Positions 29,548-39,142 of a stretch of DNA of 64,000 nt are shown in pieces. Each line of letters opens with the position of its first letter. Position 1 is the first letter of the stretch. The stretch comes from a virus (lineage: Duplodnaviria > Heunggongvirae > Uroviricota > Caudoviricetes): IMG/VR virus record IMGVR_UViG_3300042901_002340; one strand, given 5' to 3'. Under the pieces are notes generated by a model. That model made no database searches and was not told the DNA's origin. It saw nothing but the letters and a program-made list of their open reading frames with translations. A program made the translations under genes and the position numbers.

Positions 29548-31272
29548 TTATGCTAAACCACCAGCAGGTATGTTAACATAGAATGTTAAATACATAGTTT
29601 CAGGTAAGAAACCAGCTTCTACTAAAGCATATCTAGATTTAACTGCGATCTTAGGTGACATAGTACCTTCAGAGATTGTCTGAATAGACTCCGCCATCAT
29701 GTAAGGCATGAATTTTAATCCTGGTTCGTCATCACCACCTTTTCTTCCGATTAACACTCTCGTATCATTGTAGTTCATGTTCTGATCTACATATACTGTC
29801 ATACCAGCAAGAGAACCTACAGGGTATAAAGTACCGTTGTTTTGAGTTAATGTGTTAGAGAATGGTGCGAAAGTGAACTGAGAGATATCTTGAAGTGCAC
29901 TTGCTACTGCAGCGTTAGTAACAACGAAGTTAGCAGGACCTCTTCTACCTCTGTTAGCTACTACGTTTGCAGCTGCAAGGATTCTAGAGAATAATCTTCT
30001 TTGAAGAGTTGATAAGTTCTCATATCCACCTGATGCAGGACCATTAGGAATTGGCATAACAACACCAGTATTAGATTTATTTACGTATGCAGCAGTATTA
30101 CCAGCATTTGTACTACCTAAAACAAGGTTTAAGTTTAAGTTTTGTTGTTCAACATTGTTGAATTGAACGTGGTTAGACCAACCTAATGCAAACGCTCTTG
30201 ATAAGATGTGTTTGTTAATAGATTGAGATACCTCATTAACCAATGCGTTCTCGATCATTGAAATAACGTCGATACCGAATTGTTTGTTAAGGTCTTGTAT
30301 TTGCTCTGTTGTAACAGAAGCAGCTACTTGGAATGTCTCAGCTTCAACAAATTTAGTGAAAGTCGAAAGACCCATTGAGTTAAAGTAAGTAGACTCACCA
30401 ACTCCTCTTAACATAGGATCATAATTTTTAGTACCATCTACGTAAGGACCTTGCCAGTCATTAGTGTTGTTAAAACCAGCACCAGAGAAACCTTGGATGT
30501 GATCTTCTAAAGCTTTAACTAATTGAGCAGCAAATCCATTTGGAGAATAAGAAGCTCCAGTTGATAATGCAGGACCAGCAATACCGAAGTTAGTAAGTGC
30601 AGTTGGAGTACCATTGATATAAGAAGCAACGTTAGATCCAGCAGCCATACCCATTACTTCAAATATTGGGAAACCGTCAATTCTAGAAAGACCAACAAAT
30701 GTTAATTGTAATGTACCGATGTTACCAGTAGCACCAACAGTTGGGAATGAAGCTGCAGTAGCACCAGTAGCACCAGTAGCACCTGATCCAGTATAAACTG
30801 GGAATTTGATCATTGTAGGGGCAGTAGCTAATTGTTCAGCAGCCGTACCCGCAGCAGCAGCACCAATTTTACCACCAGCGTATACATAGTCTAAGTATGA
30901 TAAGATACCAGTTGGACCTGACATAGGAATAACAGGAACGATATCAAAACCGATTGTTTTTGCAGCAACTTGAATTGCTAAAGGTAATAAAGATGGGAAT
31001 TTATCTCCAGATCCTTGGTTACCAGTGTTATAGAAACCTGCATTAGCATTACCACCTTGGAATGAAGCCATTCCTGGATAAGCTGGGGGAGCAACGCTAC
31101 CCATACCATTAACAACACCTAAAGAGTTATAAGCTCCAGCAGACTCGTTTAATGAGTGATAGTGGCAATATTTAGTTAACCACCCTTTTTTTCCTTCATC
31201 TGTGATACCAGCTTTGCTCTCGATAAGCGGTGACCATGTATCGTAGATTTCTTGTTCGTTAATCAATTTCAT
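29548..31272 (-). CDS. Major capsid protein, T4 gp23-like
   Basis: IGFDIVPVIPMSGPTG, TTEQIQDL...GID, RGRRGPANFVV, GLKFMPY and TMSPKIAVKSRYAL motifs. Confidence 0.92.
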   Translation of the reverse strand: MKLINEQEIYDTWSPLIESKAGITDEGKKGWLTKYCHYHSLNESAGAYNSLGVVNGMGSVAPPAYPGMASFQGGNANAGFYNTGNQGSGDKFPSLLPLAIQVAAKTIGFDIVPVIPMSGPTGILSYLDYVYAGGKIGAAAAGTAAEQLATAPTMIKFPVYTGSGATGATGATAASFPTVGATGNIGTLQLTFVGLSRIDGFPIFEVMGMAAGSNVASYINGTPTALTNFGIAGPALSTGASYSPNGFAAQLVKALEDHIQGFSGAGFNNTNDWQGPYVDGTKNYDPMLRGVGESTYFNSMGLSTFTKFVEAETFQVAASVTTEQIQDLNKQFGIDVISMIENALVNEVSQSINKHILSRAFALGWSNHVQFNNVEQQNLNLNLVLGSTNAGNTAAYVNKSNTGVVMPIPNGPASGGYENLSTLQRRLFSRILAAANVVANRGRRGPANFVVTNAAVASALQDISQFTFAPFSNTLTQNNGTLYPVGSLAGMTVYVDQNMNYNDTRVLIGRKGGDDEPGLKFMPYMMAESIQTISEGTMSPKIAVKSRYALVEAGFLPETMYLTFYVNIPAGGLA

Positions 31273-31289
31273 GATTTATTTAATTTTTT

Positions 31290-33254
31290 TTATCTTGTTT
31301 GAAATTTTTTCTCCAATGCAGAAGCAATAGCATTCATATATTCATTAGAATAACCATTTGCTTGTGTATTAGGCATTGCGATATTTTCGCTCTCATCTAA
31401 TTTTTGAACTCCAACATTAGCAGTTCCTAGTTGACGTGTTGACCAGAAGTTTTTCACTTGGTAAGGTGTATCTAATCTATAGAAGCTACTCTGAGCAATA
31501 ATTGATTGCTTGTGTCCTTCAGTAAGTGATTCCCAAACTTGTGTGTATTCTTCAGGCATTGTATCAATAAAATAAAGACCTGTTTTGTTTTTGTTCTCAC
31601 CTTCGTTAAGAACTTCATCTGCCTTTTGTGTGTTGGCTGGTTGCCCCATCGATCTGGAAGCTTCGTTTATATTTGATTCAGTTTTTTGTGTTTTAACTGA
31701 TTCTATCAAACTATCTATTTTTGTTGTAAGATCCGTATAATCTCCAGCGAATCCGGATTCGTTTAATCCAGCTGAAGCTGAAAGATCTACGCTTTCTCTT
31801 AATGAATCTGTAGCTTTGTATTTACCAGTATTAACTGTTTCAGCTATATACTCACTATAAGAGATTGATTTTTTTAATTTTTCTGCTAGGTAATCAGAAT
31901 AATCTAAACCTTTATTAACATTTTCAGCTAAGTAATCGGAATATTGAATGTTTTTATTAAGATTCTCCGCAAGGTATTCAGAATACTCGATACCGTCGTT
32001 TAATTTTTCTGCTAAGTACTCAGAGTAAGCTATACCTTTATCTAAGTTTTCACCAAGATACTCAGAATAAGAAATACCTTTATCTAAGTTTTCCGCTAAA
32101 TACTCAGAGTATTGAATATTCTGATCCAATTTCTCAGCAAGATATTTAGTATACTCTATACCTTTATCTGTTGATTCAGCAACATACTCAGTATAAGAGA
32201 TCGATTTATCAACATTTTCAGCTAAATATTTAGAGTAAGAAATATTCTTATCTAAGTTTTCAGCAAGATATTTACTATAGCTTATACTTTCATCTAAGTT
32301 TTCAGCAAGATATTCACCATATTTAATAGCGTTATCCAAATTCTCAGCTAAATACTCAGAATATTTTTCTAACTTAGCAACTCTTTCTTCAAGGTTTGAA
32401 TTTTTATCTTCAAAGCTAGATTCTGTTAATACTTGCTTTTGTTCTTTAATTTCTGCAATTTTAGAATTCATTGCTTCCATTTCTTTTTTCAAGAAAACAG
32501 AATATTGGTTTAATTCTTCTGCAGTCACAAATTCATTATTCTCCATGAGGATCGTCTTATTTTTATCTGATTTTGATACGAGATTATTAAATTCTTCGTT
32601 ATTTTCAACTTTATATATCTTCACACCTGAATCATTTTTTAGACCTAATGATTCATTTACACAAAGAAGATCGTTAGTAACACTTTTATTTCTCATTTCG
32701 AAGAAATCACTAAAATGATAACCAGCGCTTTCGTAAACTCTTTCTAGTTGTGCATCCTGAAATCCAGGATCAGCAACTAGATCATATGTGAATATTTTTT
32801 TAATTTGAACTTTCTTATCGTTACCAACGGAACCAGCTGCTCTGGAAGAAATAGATAAGGGTACTCCAGCATCAACAAGATTCTTAGCTATCTGTCCCAT
32901 AGGTGTATCTAAGAGTCTAACCTTAATTTTAATTTCTCTCCCTCCCTTATCATAATCGAGTTTCTCAATTATGTGTGAAATGTTCTTAAGAGAGACATCA
33001 AATTTTTCAGGGTGATCCAATTCACCAACTAATCTTCTTTGAGCTATTTTCTCATTAAGGTAGTTCAAGTGGGGAAGATATTCAGCTTCTTCGTAGATTC
33101 TATTGTTGTTGTTTTCCTTTCCGAAAACAGCAGCAGTACCTTCTAGTACATAATCATCGTTGTCTGTCCTTGAAGATTCGAGAACGGATGATTGTCTCTC
33201 CAGAATGAAAACCAATTCTTCGTTTAAATTTTTAGTTGTTGGCATTTTATACAT
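31290..33254 (-). CDS. Prohead protease (gp21-like) fused to a scaffold/core domain (gp22-like)
   Basis: N-terminal NNNNRIY, GELDHP, ISH, LDTPMG, ISSRAAGS and TYDLVADPG motifs. The C-terminal half is a coiled coil of 14-aa repeats. Confidence 0.88.
   Translation of the reverse strand: MYKMPTTKNLNEELVFILERQSSVLESSRTDNDDYVLEGTAAVFGKENNNNRIYEEAEYLPHLNYLNEKIAQRRLVGELDHPEKFDVSLKNISHIIEKLDYDKGGREIKIKVRLLDTPMGQIAKNLVDAGVPLSISSRAAGSVGNDKKVQIKKIFTYDLVADPGFQDAQLERVYESAGYHFSDFFEMRNKSVTNDLLCVNESLGLKNDSGVKIYKVENNEEFNNLVSKSDKNKTILMENNEFVTAEELNQYSVFLKKEMEAMNSKIAEIKEQKQVLTESSFEDKNSNLEERVAKLEKYSEYLAENLDNAIKYGEYLAENLDESISYSKYLAENLDKNISYSKYLAENVDKSISYTEYVAESTDKGIEYTKYLAEKLDQNIQYSEYLAENLDKGISYSEYLGENLDKGIAYSEYLAEKLNDGIEYSEYLAENLNKNIQYSDYLAENVNKGLDYSDYLAEKLKKSISYSEYIAETVNTGKYKATDSLRESVDLSASAGLNESGFAGDYTDLTTKIDSLIESVKTQKTESNINEASRSMGQPANTQKADEVLNEGENKNKTGLYFIDTMPEEYTQVWESLTEGHKQSIIAQSSFYRLDTPYQVKNFWSTRQLGTANVGVQKLDESENIAMPNTQANGYSNEYMNAIASALEKKFQTR
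31834..32370 (-). repeat. Coding repeat, 42 bp / 14 aa, about 13 units
   Basis: xYSEYLAENLDKxI repeated about 13 times. Confidence 0.9.
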
Positions 33255-33313
33255 ATTTTTATGTTACTTATATATCAACGGATATATCAGTATTTTTTCG
33301 ATTTTTTATCGAA

Positions 33314-36073
33314 TTATTGAAATTTTATTCTATCCTCCACTTCTTTAGCGAATTTTTTAGCAATTTGGAATGCTTCTCCGTCCTGAACTTCGTAGGTTTT
33401 TACTGTATTAAACATCGGAGCATACCTATTTTTAAGCTTAACCTTTATCACTTCACCCTGTCCATTCATAAAAGTTTTAGCTAAAGTTACTGCTTTCCAA
33501 GTAGGTATTCCGAGTACCTCTTTCTCTTTATCTGTAAGGAACTCATCAACAATATTTATACCACCCTTAAAGTTTTTATCTCTTATGACGGTAGCATTCT
33601 TTCTGTTTTTAATACTGATATCATCAGGATCAGCGGTAATGAAATAATCATCCTTATTTGGTGTATTCTCATCGTTACCAGTATCTACATCTTCGTCATC
33701 CTTTTTATCCAGTTCTGGATTTACCTCAGGTTCAGTTTTTACTTTCTCCTCCTCCTTCTCTTTCTCCTTGTATTCATAAACTCCTCTTCTAGGATCTATT
33801 AGAGTTTCGACTGTACTTACCCCAACTTCTATACTTGATCCCTCCTTAGCATCAAAATCATCCGGACCTATGATAAAATACTTATATCCAGTATCTGATG
33901 CTGCATATTTTCTATCCGCTGGATTTGCATATTCCATATCAGTTATGACATAAACAGCAACCTTAGCCGGTCCTGATGCTTCCTCAGGTGTCAGTATTAA
34001 TGTGTCCTCACCTTCCTTCTCGTTCAATTGGGAATATTCTGGTAATTTTCCGGTAGAATTTACATATTCAAGAACATCCTCAAATTCAGCGAATTTTCTT
34101 ATAACTAATCCTTTCTTATTTGTTTCATTAACCATGGGGGTTAACCAAAGATCTCTATTGTTTTCAGAGTCATTAACATTGGAAGATCCGGTTGCACCTT
34201 TTTTCTCTTTGAATTTATCGAGATCTTTTATGTCTTCCTTCTTATTTTTCTCCTCCTTCTTAGGCTTTGTATTGTTCACCTTTTTATTGCCACTAGCAAA
34301 CATTTCTTGTATATCTTCACTACTTTTAGATCCAAGTTGTTCATCAGTAAGCAATTTACCAGCAGCATTAACGTAATCATTCTGGGTTGTTTGGTAATAG
34401 TATTCATAGGTCTCTGGAGCATCACCATCGGAAACTATATACTGGTCTGATGCATTATCATAATACTCCATAAGTGTAGTCCAGTCACATATTCCCATAA
34501 AATTAAAACTTGATGCTATCTTTTCAGGTTCGTCCATATAAGCTACCTCTACGTCCATATCTTCGTTATCGAAAGCTCTTGTTATCGTATTAAGAACACC
34601 TTCCTGCGCATTTATAGGGCCATTCTTAATTGATACCAGAACTGCAGCATGATTTGATAAGGCTTTCTGATATTCTTTAGAGTTAATTGCTGTTAATATA
34701 AATATGGAGGAGGATCCATCGTTAGATTTTCCAATCTTAAATAACTGAGCAGTTGTTCTTGTATCATTATTATAAAGGAAGCTGGTAGCTATACCAAGAC
34801 CTGTTCCTGCTGGTTGTCTCCAACATATGGTAATTTCTGTACCATCAGCAATTTTTCCAGGATCAAATTCTTTGTTGCCTTTACCAGGTGCAATTGTGTC
34901 CTCTATTTCTGTCCATTTTGGGGCTTGGTTGTCACTAAACCAGTTAAATGTTGATCCAATCGCATCAATCGCAAGTAGAACCTCGCCAACAAATGGTATC
35001 CATCTAGCAGCTCCTTTAGCACCACCAACAGCAGCAATTTTTGTCGCTCCTCTACTAAATCCTCTCGCTATAACCTTAGAGGCTGGACTCTTTATTGCAT
35101 ATACTCCAGCTTTTCCAGTTATTGCTGCCTTAGTTCCAAGGTAGGCACCTTTAGCTGCATTTCTTATATTTTTAAATTTAGCAAGATCAACCAATCCACT
35201 TCCTAAAACTTTGATTCTACTTATTCCACCAGCTCCTACTTTCTTAAGAAAAGATCCGGCCTTTCCTAAAGCTCCACCAGTTCTTGCAACCTGAGCTCCC
35301 CCAGCTGCTGGGGCAAGATCAGATATTTTCTTTAAAGCATATGCTCCAGCCAGCGAATAACCAGCTCTTCTCAATATAGCCCAGGTTACACCTACACCTG
35401 CACCTATAGCTGCATACTCTCCAGCTGTTTTTAGCATGTCTGCAATTAATTGTTGCATGTTTGTATCAGGATCAACAGGACCACCAGGAAGAGATTCCTT
35501 AATGGAAACTATTTTTACCTTGGAATCTGCTGATCCAGGAAGACCTACCATTTTAAAAGCTTTTAATGTCTCGTCTATGCTCGTCTTTGTTTCTGGATCG
35601 TCCATACTAACAAAAACAGCTTTTTCTATTCCGTTTGGAAGATCAGAATCAACTGATGTGATATCATTTAATTTTCCATCGGCTTTTAGTTTATTATATG
35701 CATAATGAAATTTTATACCAATTTTAGCTTCGTCAGATATTGCAGGGTCAGCATACTCGTTAATTGCATCGTACTCATTGAATGATAGAACATCAGACTC
35801 GTTAGTATCGCTACCAAAATTATAATAACCACTATTTTCCTTTATAAGATCGGTTAACGTGCTCCCGTATTTGGTCATTTCCTCAGAATCAGCTACCCAT
35901 GATCTCTTATTTTTATCTAGCCATTTTTTAAACTCGCTAGACTCTGCCCACCACTGGAAATCGTCAAATGTCTTTTTTTCCGGATTAAGCTCGGAAAGAT
36001 CCGTAGGTATGCTTATCATTGGAAATTCATCACCGATTTTATATTTTCCCGATTTAGGTAAAATTATATTCAT
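33314..36073 (-). CDS. Large putative virion-internal/ejection protein
   Basis: 919 aa with a central Gly/Ala-rich hydrophobic region ending WIPFVGEVLLAIDAIG. Internal VLSFNEY..INE and IRKFAEF motifs. Confidence 0.45.
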   Translation of the reverse strand: MNIILPKSGKYKIGDEFPMISIPTDLSELNPEKKTFDDFQWWAESSEFKKWLDKNKRSWVADSEEMTKYGSTLTDLIKENSGYYNFGSDTNESDVLSFNEYDAINEYADPAISDEAKIGIKFHYAYNKLKADGKLNDITSVDSDLPNGIEKAVFVSMDDPETKTSIDETLKAFKMVGLPGSADSKVKIVSIKESLPGGPVDPDTNMQQLIADMLKTAGEYAAIGAGVGVTWAILRRAGYSLAGAYALKKISDLAPAAGGAQVARTGGALGKAGSFLKKVGAGGISRIKVLGSGLVDLAKFKNIRNAAKGAYLGTKAAITGKAGVYAIKSPASKVIARGFSRGATKIAAVGGAKGAARWIPFVGEVLLAIDAIGSTFNWFSDNQAPKWTEIEDTIAPGKGNKEFDPGKIADGTEITICWRQPAGTGLGIATSFLYNNDTRTTAQLFKIGKSNDGSSSIFILTAINSKEYQKALSNHAAVLVSIKNGPINAQEGVLNTITRAFDNEDMDVEVAYMDEPEKIASSFNFMGICDWTTLMEYYDNASDQYIVSDGDAPETYEYYYQTTQNDYVNAAGKLLTDEQLGSKSSEDIQEMFASGNKKVNNTKPKKEEKNKKEDIKDLDKFKEKKGATGSSNVNDSENNRDLWLTPMVNETNKKGLVIRKFAEFEDVLEYVNSTGKLPEYSQLNEKEGEDTLILTPEEASGPAKVAVYVITDMEYANPADRKYAASDTGYKYFIIGPDDFDAKEGSSIEVGVSTVETLIDPRRGVYEYKEKEKEEEKVKTEPEVNPELDKKDDEDVDTGNDENTPNKDDYFITADPDDISIKNRKNATVIRDKNFKGGINIVDEFLTDKEKEVLGIPTWKAVTLAKTFMNGQGEVIKVKLKNRYAPMFNTVKTYEVQDGEAFQIAKKFAKEVEDRIKFQ

Positions 36074-36081
36074 AATTCAAA

Positions 36082-36897
36082 TTATTTTTCTGTGTAAATT
36101 TTATCGTATGATTTAGATATGGTATCTATCAATTTTTCTATATATCCCTCATTTCTTAGCTTTTTGAAGACTAAATTTCCTATAGACATCTCGCCATCTC
36201 TGGAAAGACTTTCTTTCCTCATTTTTTGGATCTTATCCTTAAGTTTAAGACATCTTTTATATAATGACTTGGCATTACTTGGTAGATCCGAAAGATCCCT
36301 TAATTTTGTTTGTAATTTGTCTATTTCGGAAGAAATTGAATCATATTTTTTATCAACATCCATCTCATCTATAACGGGGGGATTAAAAATGGGAGTTTTT
36401 ATCCATTCATTATTAAGTAATGAAAATAAACCACTGGAATCATGAGGTTCGTCCTCGCTCTGTAGATATAGCTCGGTGTCATAGCCTCTAATAGATATGT
36501 TATGTCTAAGATTCCATATAAATCTTATACCATCTATAGCAGCTTTAAGTATCTTAGGATTCTCGTCATCTATACCTTCCAGATTTACAAGAACATGTAC
36601 ATCAAGATCCGAGAAGTTTGTGTAATTATAGTTAGATAGAGATCCGGTTAATTGGATATCCTTTATAACTCTCCCCTTAAGTAGTTCGGGAAATTTTTCG
36701 TAGAAGTCTTTAGCTATTCTTAGAAGCTTCCTTCTAACTCTTTGGTCAAATACCCATTCGATACGACCTTCCTTATCCCTTTTCTTTTTCCAAAAAATAG
36801 GGTTTAGTTCATCGTGGTAAAAAGCACCAACCTCCTTCTCGAAGATCTCTTTACCATCATTTTCTATAAATAAATTAAAATTGTATATTTTGTCCAC
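36082..36897 (-). CDS. Nucleotidyltransferase (Pol-beta superfamily)
   Basis: LTGSLSNYNYTNFSDLDVHV (hGS...DxD) and a third acidic residue in TELY. GTG start. Confidence 0.8.
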   Translation of the reverse strand: MDKIYNFNLFIENDGKEIFEKEVGAFYHDELNPIFWKKKRDKEGRIEWVFDQRVRRKLLRIAKDFYEKFPELLKGRVIKDIQLTGSLSNYNYTNFSDLDVHVLVNLEGIDDENPKILKAAIDGIRFIWNLRHNISIRGYDTELYLQSEDEPHDSSGLFSLLNNEWIKTPIFNPPVIDEMDVDKKYDSISSEIDKLQTKLRDLSDLPSNAKSLYKRCLKLKDKIQKMRKESLSRDGEMSIGNLVFKKLRNEGYIEKLIDTISKSYDKIYTEK

Positions 36898-36934
36898 AAA
36901 AAAAGCTTTCCTTTATATATCCAAGGAAAGCTTT
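36898..36934 (-). terminator. Intrinsic terminator whose loop contains a late-promoter motif
   Basis: aaagctttcctt-tatatatcc-aaggaaagcttt with an A7 tract. Confidence 0.8.
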
Positions 36935-36951
36935 AATGTATTTGATTATTT

Positions 36952-37650
36952 TTAGAAGCAGACTTTCTGAAGAACATCCATCACTGTTCTGACGTCAATC
37001 TCACAATAATCCTTTATTTCTTCATATGCTTGATTGTTCCAAAAGTATTCATTAACTTTCGACCCGTCCATATTTTCTTTAGGAGATTTAACACCAAGAG
37101 AACACGAGAGAAGATCAAGACTTAGATATTTTTGTTGCGTCCAACTACCGAATGCAAAAACATCGGATGTATCAATGTATGGAATTTCCCAAGGTTTTTT
37201 ATCCCAGACTTGTAGATTCATCGATGGGTTTATTCCATTATAAACCATTCTCTTACCAAGGCAAGGAACATCGAAACCTTTTATATTATGTCCGCATAAT
37301 TTGAAATTTTTTGCCATCGCATTATTGAACACCTTATTACTTTTTTCAAGTATATCGATCTCGTCGACACCATAAAAAGATTTAAAAACTTTCTCACCGT
37401 TACTAAAAGAACCAAAAGAAACACAAACAATTCTGGAGAATTCGGGTTCAAGTGATGCTTTAGCTAAATAAACATCATCATCACTCCAATGGGATATCTC
37501 AGGATTAGCTCCTCTGTAATAAGTAGCTCTTTTTTTCCAAAGCTCAGCAAGTCTTGGATTTTTTTTCTGTAGTGTAACAAGATTCTTCTCAGAGCAAACA
37601 GTTTCTACATCAAAGTAGAGGTAATTCTCTATTGTTTCTAATTTAAACAT
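36952..37650 (-). CDS. 3'-5' exonuclease (PolB-exonuclease-like, DEDD)
   Basis: YFDVET, GHNIKGFDVP, IDT and YCEIDV motifs. Confidence 0.85.
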   Translation of the reverse strand: MFKLETIENYLYFDVETVCSEKNLVTLQKKNPRLAELWKKRATYYRGANPEISHWSDDDVYLAKASLEPEFSRIVCVSFGSFSNGEKVFKSFYGVDEIDILEKSNKVFNNAMAKNFKLCGHNIKGFDVPCLGKRMVYNGINPSMNLQVWDKKPWEIPYIDTSDVFAFGSWTQQKYLSLDLLSCSLGVKSPKENMDGSKVNEYFWNNQAYEEIKDYCEIDVRTVMDVLQKVCF

Positions 37651-37665
37651 AATTATATTTTTCTA

Positions 37666-37686
37666 CAAATATAATTAATTATCACG
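37666..37686 (-). promoter_or_regulatory. Host-type (Bacteroidota TAnnTTTG) early promoter
   Basis: Minus strand CGT-N10-TATATTTGTA upstream of the exonuclease. Confidence 0.7.
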
Positions 37687-37697
37687 AAAATAAAAAA

Positions 37698-38603
37698 TTA
37701 TTTCTTTGAAATTTTATTGATAACAGTTGGTGGAAGTCCTCTATGGGATTTTAAATACCCCAGATAACACAACTCTCTATTTGGTGAATCTATTATAACA
37801 TCCAGATCTAATCCAAAAGTAGGTATCCTCATTGTTAATGATTCGGAACAATCTGGAGATAAAGCCTTTCCGTTATCATCAACATCAGATGCTTCGGAAT
37901 GGAAAAAGAATGGCTTCGTATTAACCTTCCATGTAGAAGCAGCAAGAAACATGGCCTCCCTTATCGATAATCCTCCATCATTAAACTGATGTGGTAATAT
38001 TCTAAAACATAGAGGTATCCCAGTTTCGTAATAAACACCGGATAATAAATCTGTTATAGAGAAAAGACTTGGCTTTTCGTCATTCATAACAGTTAATCTT
38101 TTTATCGTTGATTGGTTCAACCTATTAACAACGGTGCAGAATTCTTTCATCGTTTTCTTTCTATTCCCATATGCTGATCCTATCCTTATAACTATGGAAG
38201 GACCATTCATACCAATAACTTCCATTACTTCCGATAACTTATTTAAAAGTTTAATTGTTTTTTCTCTAACCTCATTCAATTGGCTTCCAAGAAAGTAATC
38301 CTTACCTATAAAAAATATAACCCTCATGGAGCTTTTATTTATTATTGAATTTATCTCGTTGATTTTTTCGGATATTATTGGATCTTCCTCCTCTATAAAA
38401 TTGCTATTTATAAATTCGGTTGTCATCTCCAATTCACCAAGATTTAAGCAAACAATTCTGGAGGATATTTTAGAATTGATTATGCACAGTGCTAGAATAA
38501 GATCGAGGATATCCTCATATGAGTATATCCTCTTATCTGTTGTTATTGATTTCTTGGGAATACCAAGATACGATATATTTGCTTGATTGTGTCCGAATAT
38601 CAT
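37698..38603 (-). CDS. uvsE: UV-damage endonuclease (UvsE/UVDE) homologue, catalytic residues degenerate
   Basis: RLTVMNDEKPSLFSITDL, GIPLCF, GGLS..EAM.LA.STW and PTFGLDLDV align with UvsE, but the His/Glu ligands are replaced. Confidence 0.7.
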   Translation of the reverse strand: MIFGHNQANISYLGIPKKSITTDKRIYSYEDILDLILALCIINSKISSRIVCLNLGELEMTTEFINSNFIEEEDPIISEKINEINSIINKSSMRVIFFIGKDYFLGSQLNEVREKTIKLLNKLSEVMEVIGMNGPSIVIRIGSAYGNRKKTMKEFCTVVNRLNQSTIKRLTVMNDEKPSLFSITDLLSGVYYETGIPLCFRILPHQFNDGGLSIREAMFLAASTWKVNTKPFFFHSEASDVDDNGKALSPDCSESLTMRIPTFGLDLDVIIDSPNRELCYLGYLKSHRGLPPTVINKISKK

Positions 38604-38649
38604 CTATAGGGTTTCTTATTTGTACTATAAATGATTGGATTGGTTTCTT

Positions 38650-39129
38650 CTAAACGTTGTTTTCTTGTCCTAATTCACTAGAACCATATACACTTTTAGA
38701 ATTATAAACAGATCCTGGTAATTCACTAGCCTTAGATTTAGATATGGTTTCCATGTTACCATGATCTCCACCGTCTACAAATTTTATGCAGTCAGATTTT
38801 ATTTCTATGACTTTTTTGCTTTTTTTACCCTTTAGTTGCGCTTGGATAAAATATCTGTATTGCTGATTGTCCGGGTTTCTAAAACATCTAACAATAACAC
38901 CAATAACCTTTTTCTTTGAATCAATCGGTTGTGATTCAACTACATCACCAAGTTGAAACTCTGAGCCTTTTACTGTTCTATCAACGTTTGGATCCGGACC
39001 AACAGAAACCGATAAATCGCTATAAGGTTTATAACTAACCTTCATAACTCCATTTCCACTTCCTAATCCATAGGTGTCACCAAATACTCCCCCGTCAAGG
39101 TATTCATATATGCTCTTAATGTGTTTCAT
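38650..39129 (-). CDS. Hypothetical protein (SH3/KOW-like central domain)
   Basis: MKHIKSIYEYLD N-terminus and FQLGDVV...GVIV. Confidence 0.5.
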   Translation of the reverse strand: MKHIKSIYEYLDGGVFGDTYGLGSGNGVMKVSYKPYSDLSVSVGPDPNVDRTVKGSEFQLGDVVESQPIDSKKKVIGVIVRCFRNPDNQQYRYFIQAQLKGKKSKKVIEIKSDCIKFVDGGDHGNMETISKSKASELPGSVYNSKSVYGSSELGQENNV

Positions 39130-39142
39130 TTGTAGTTTTATT

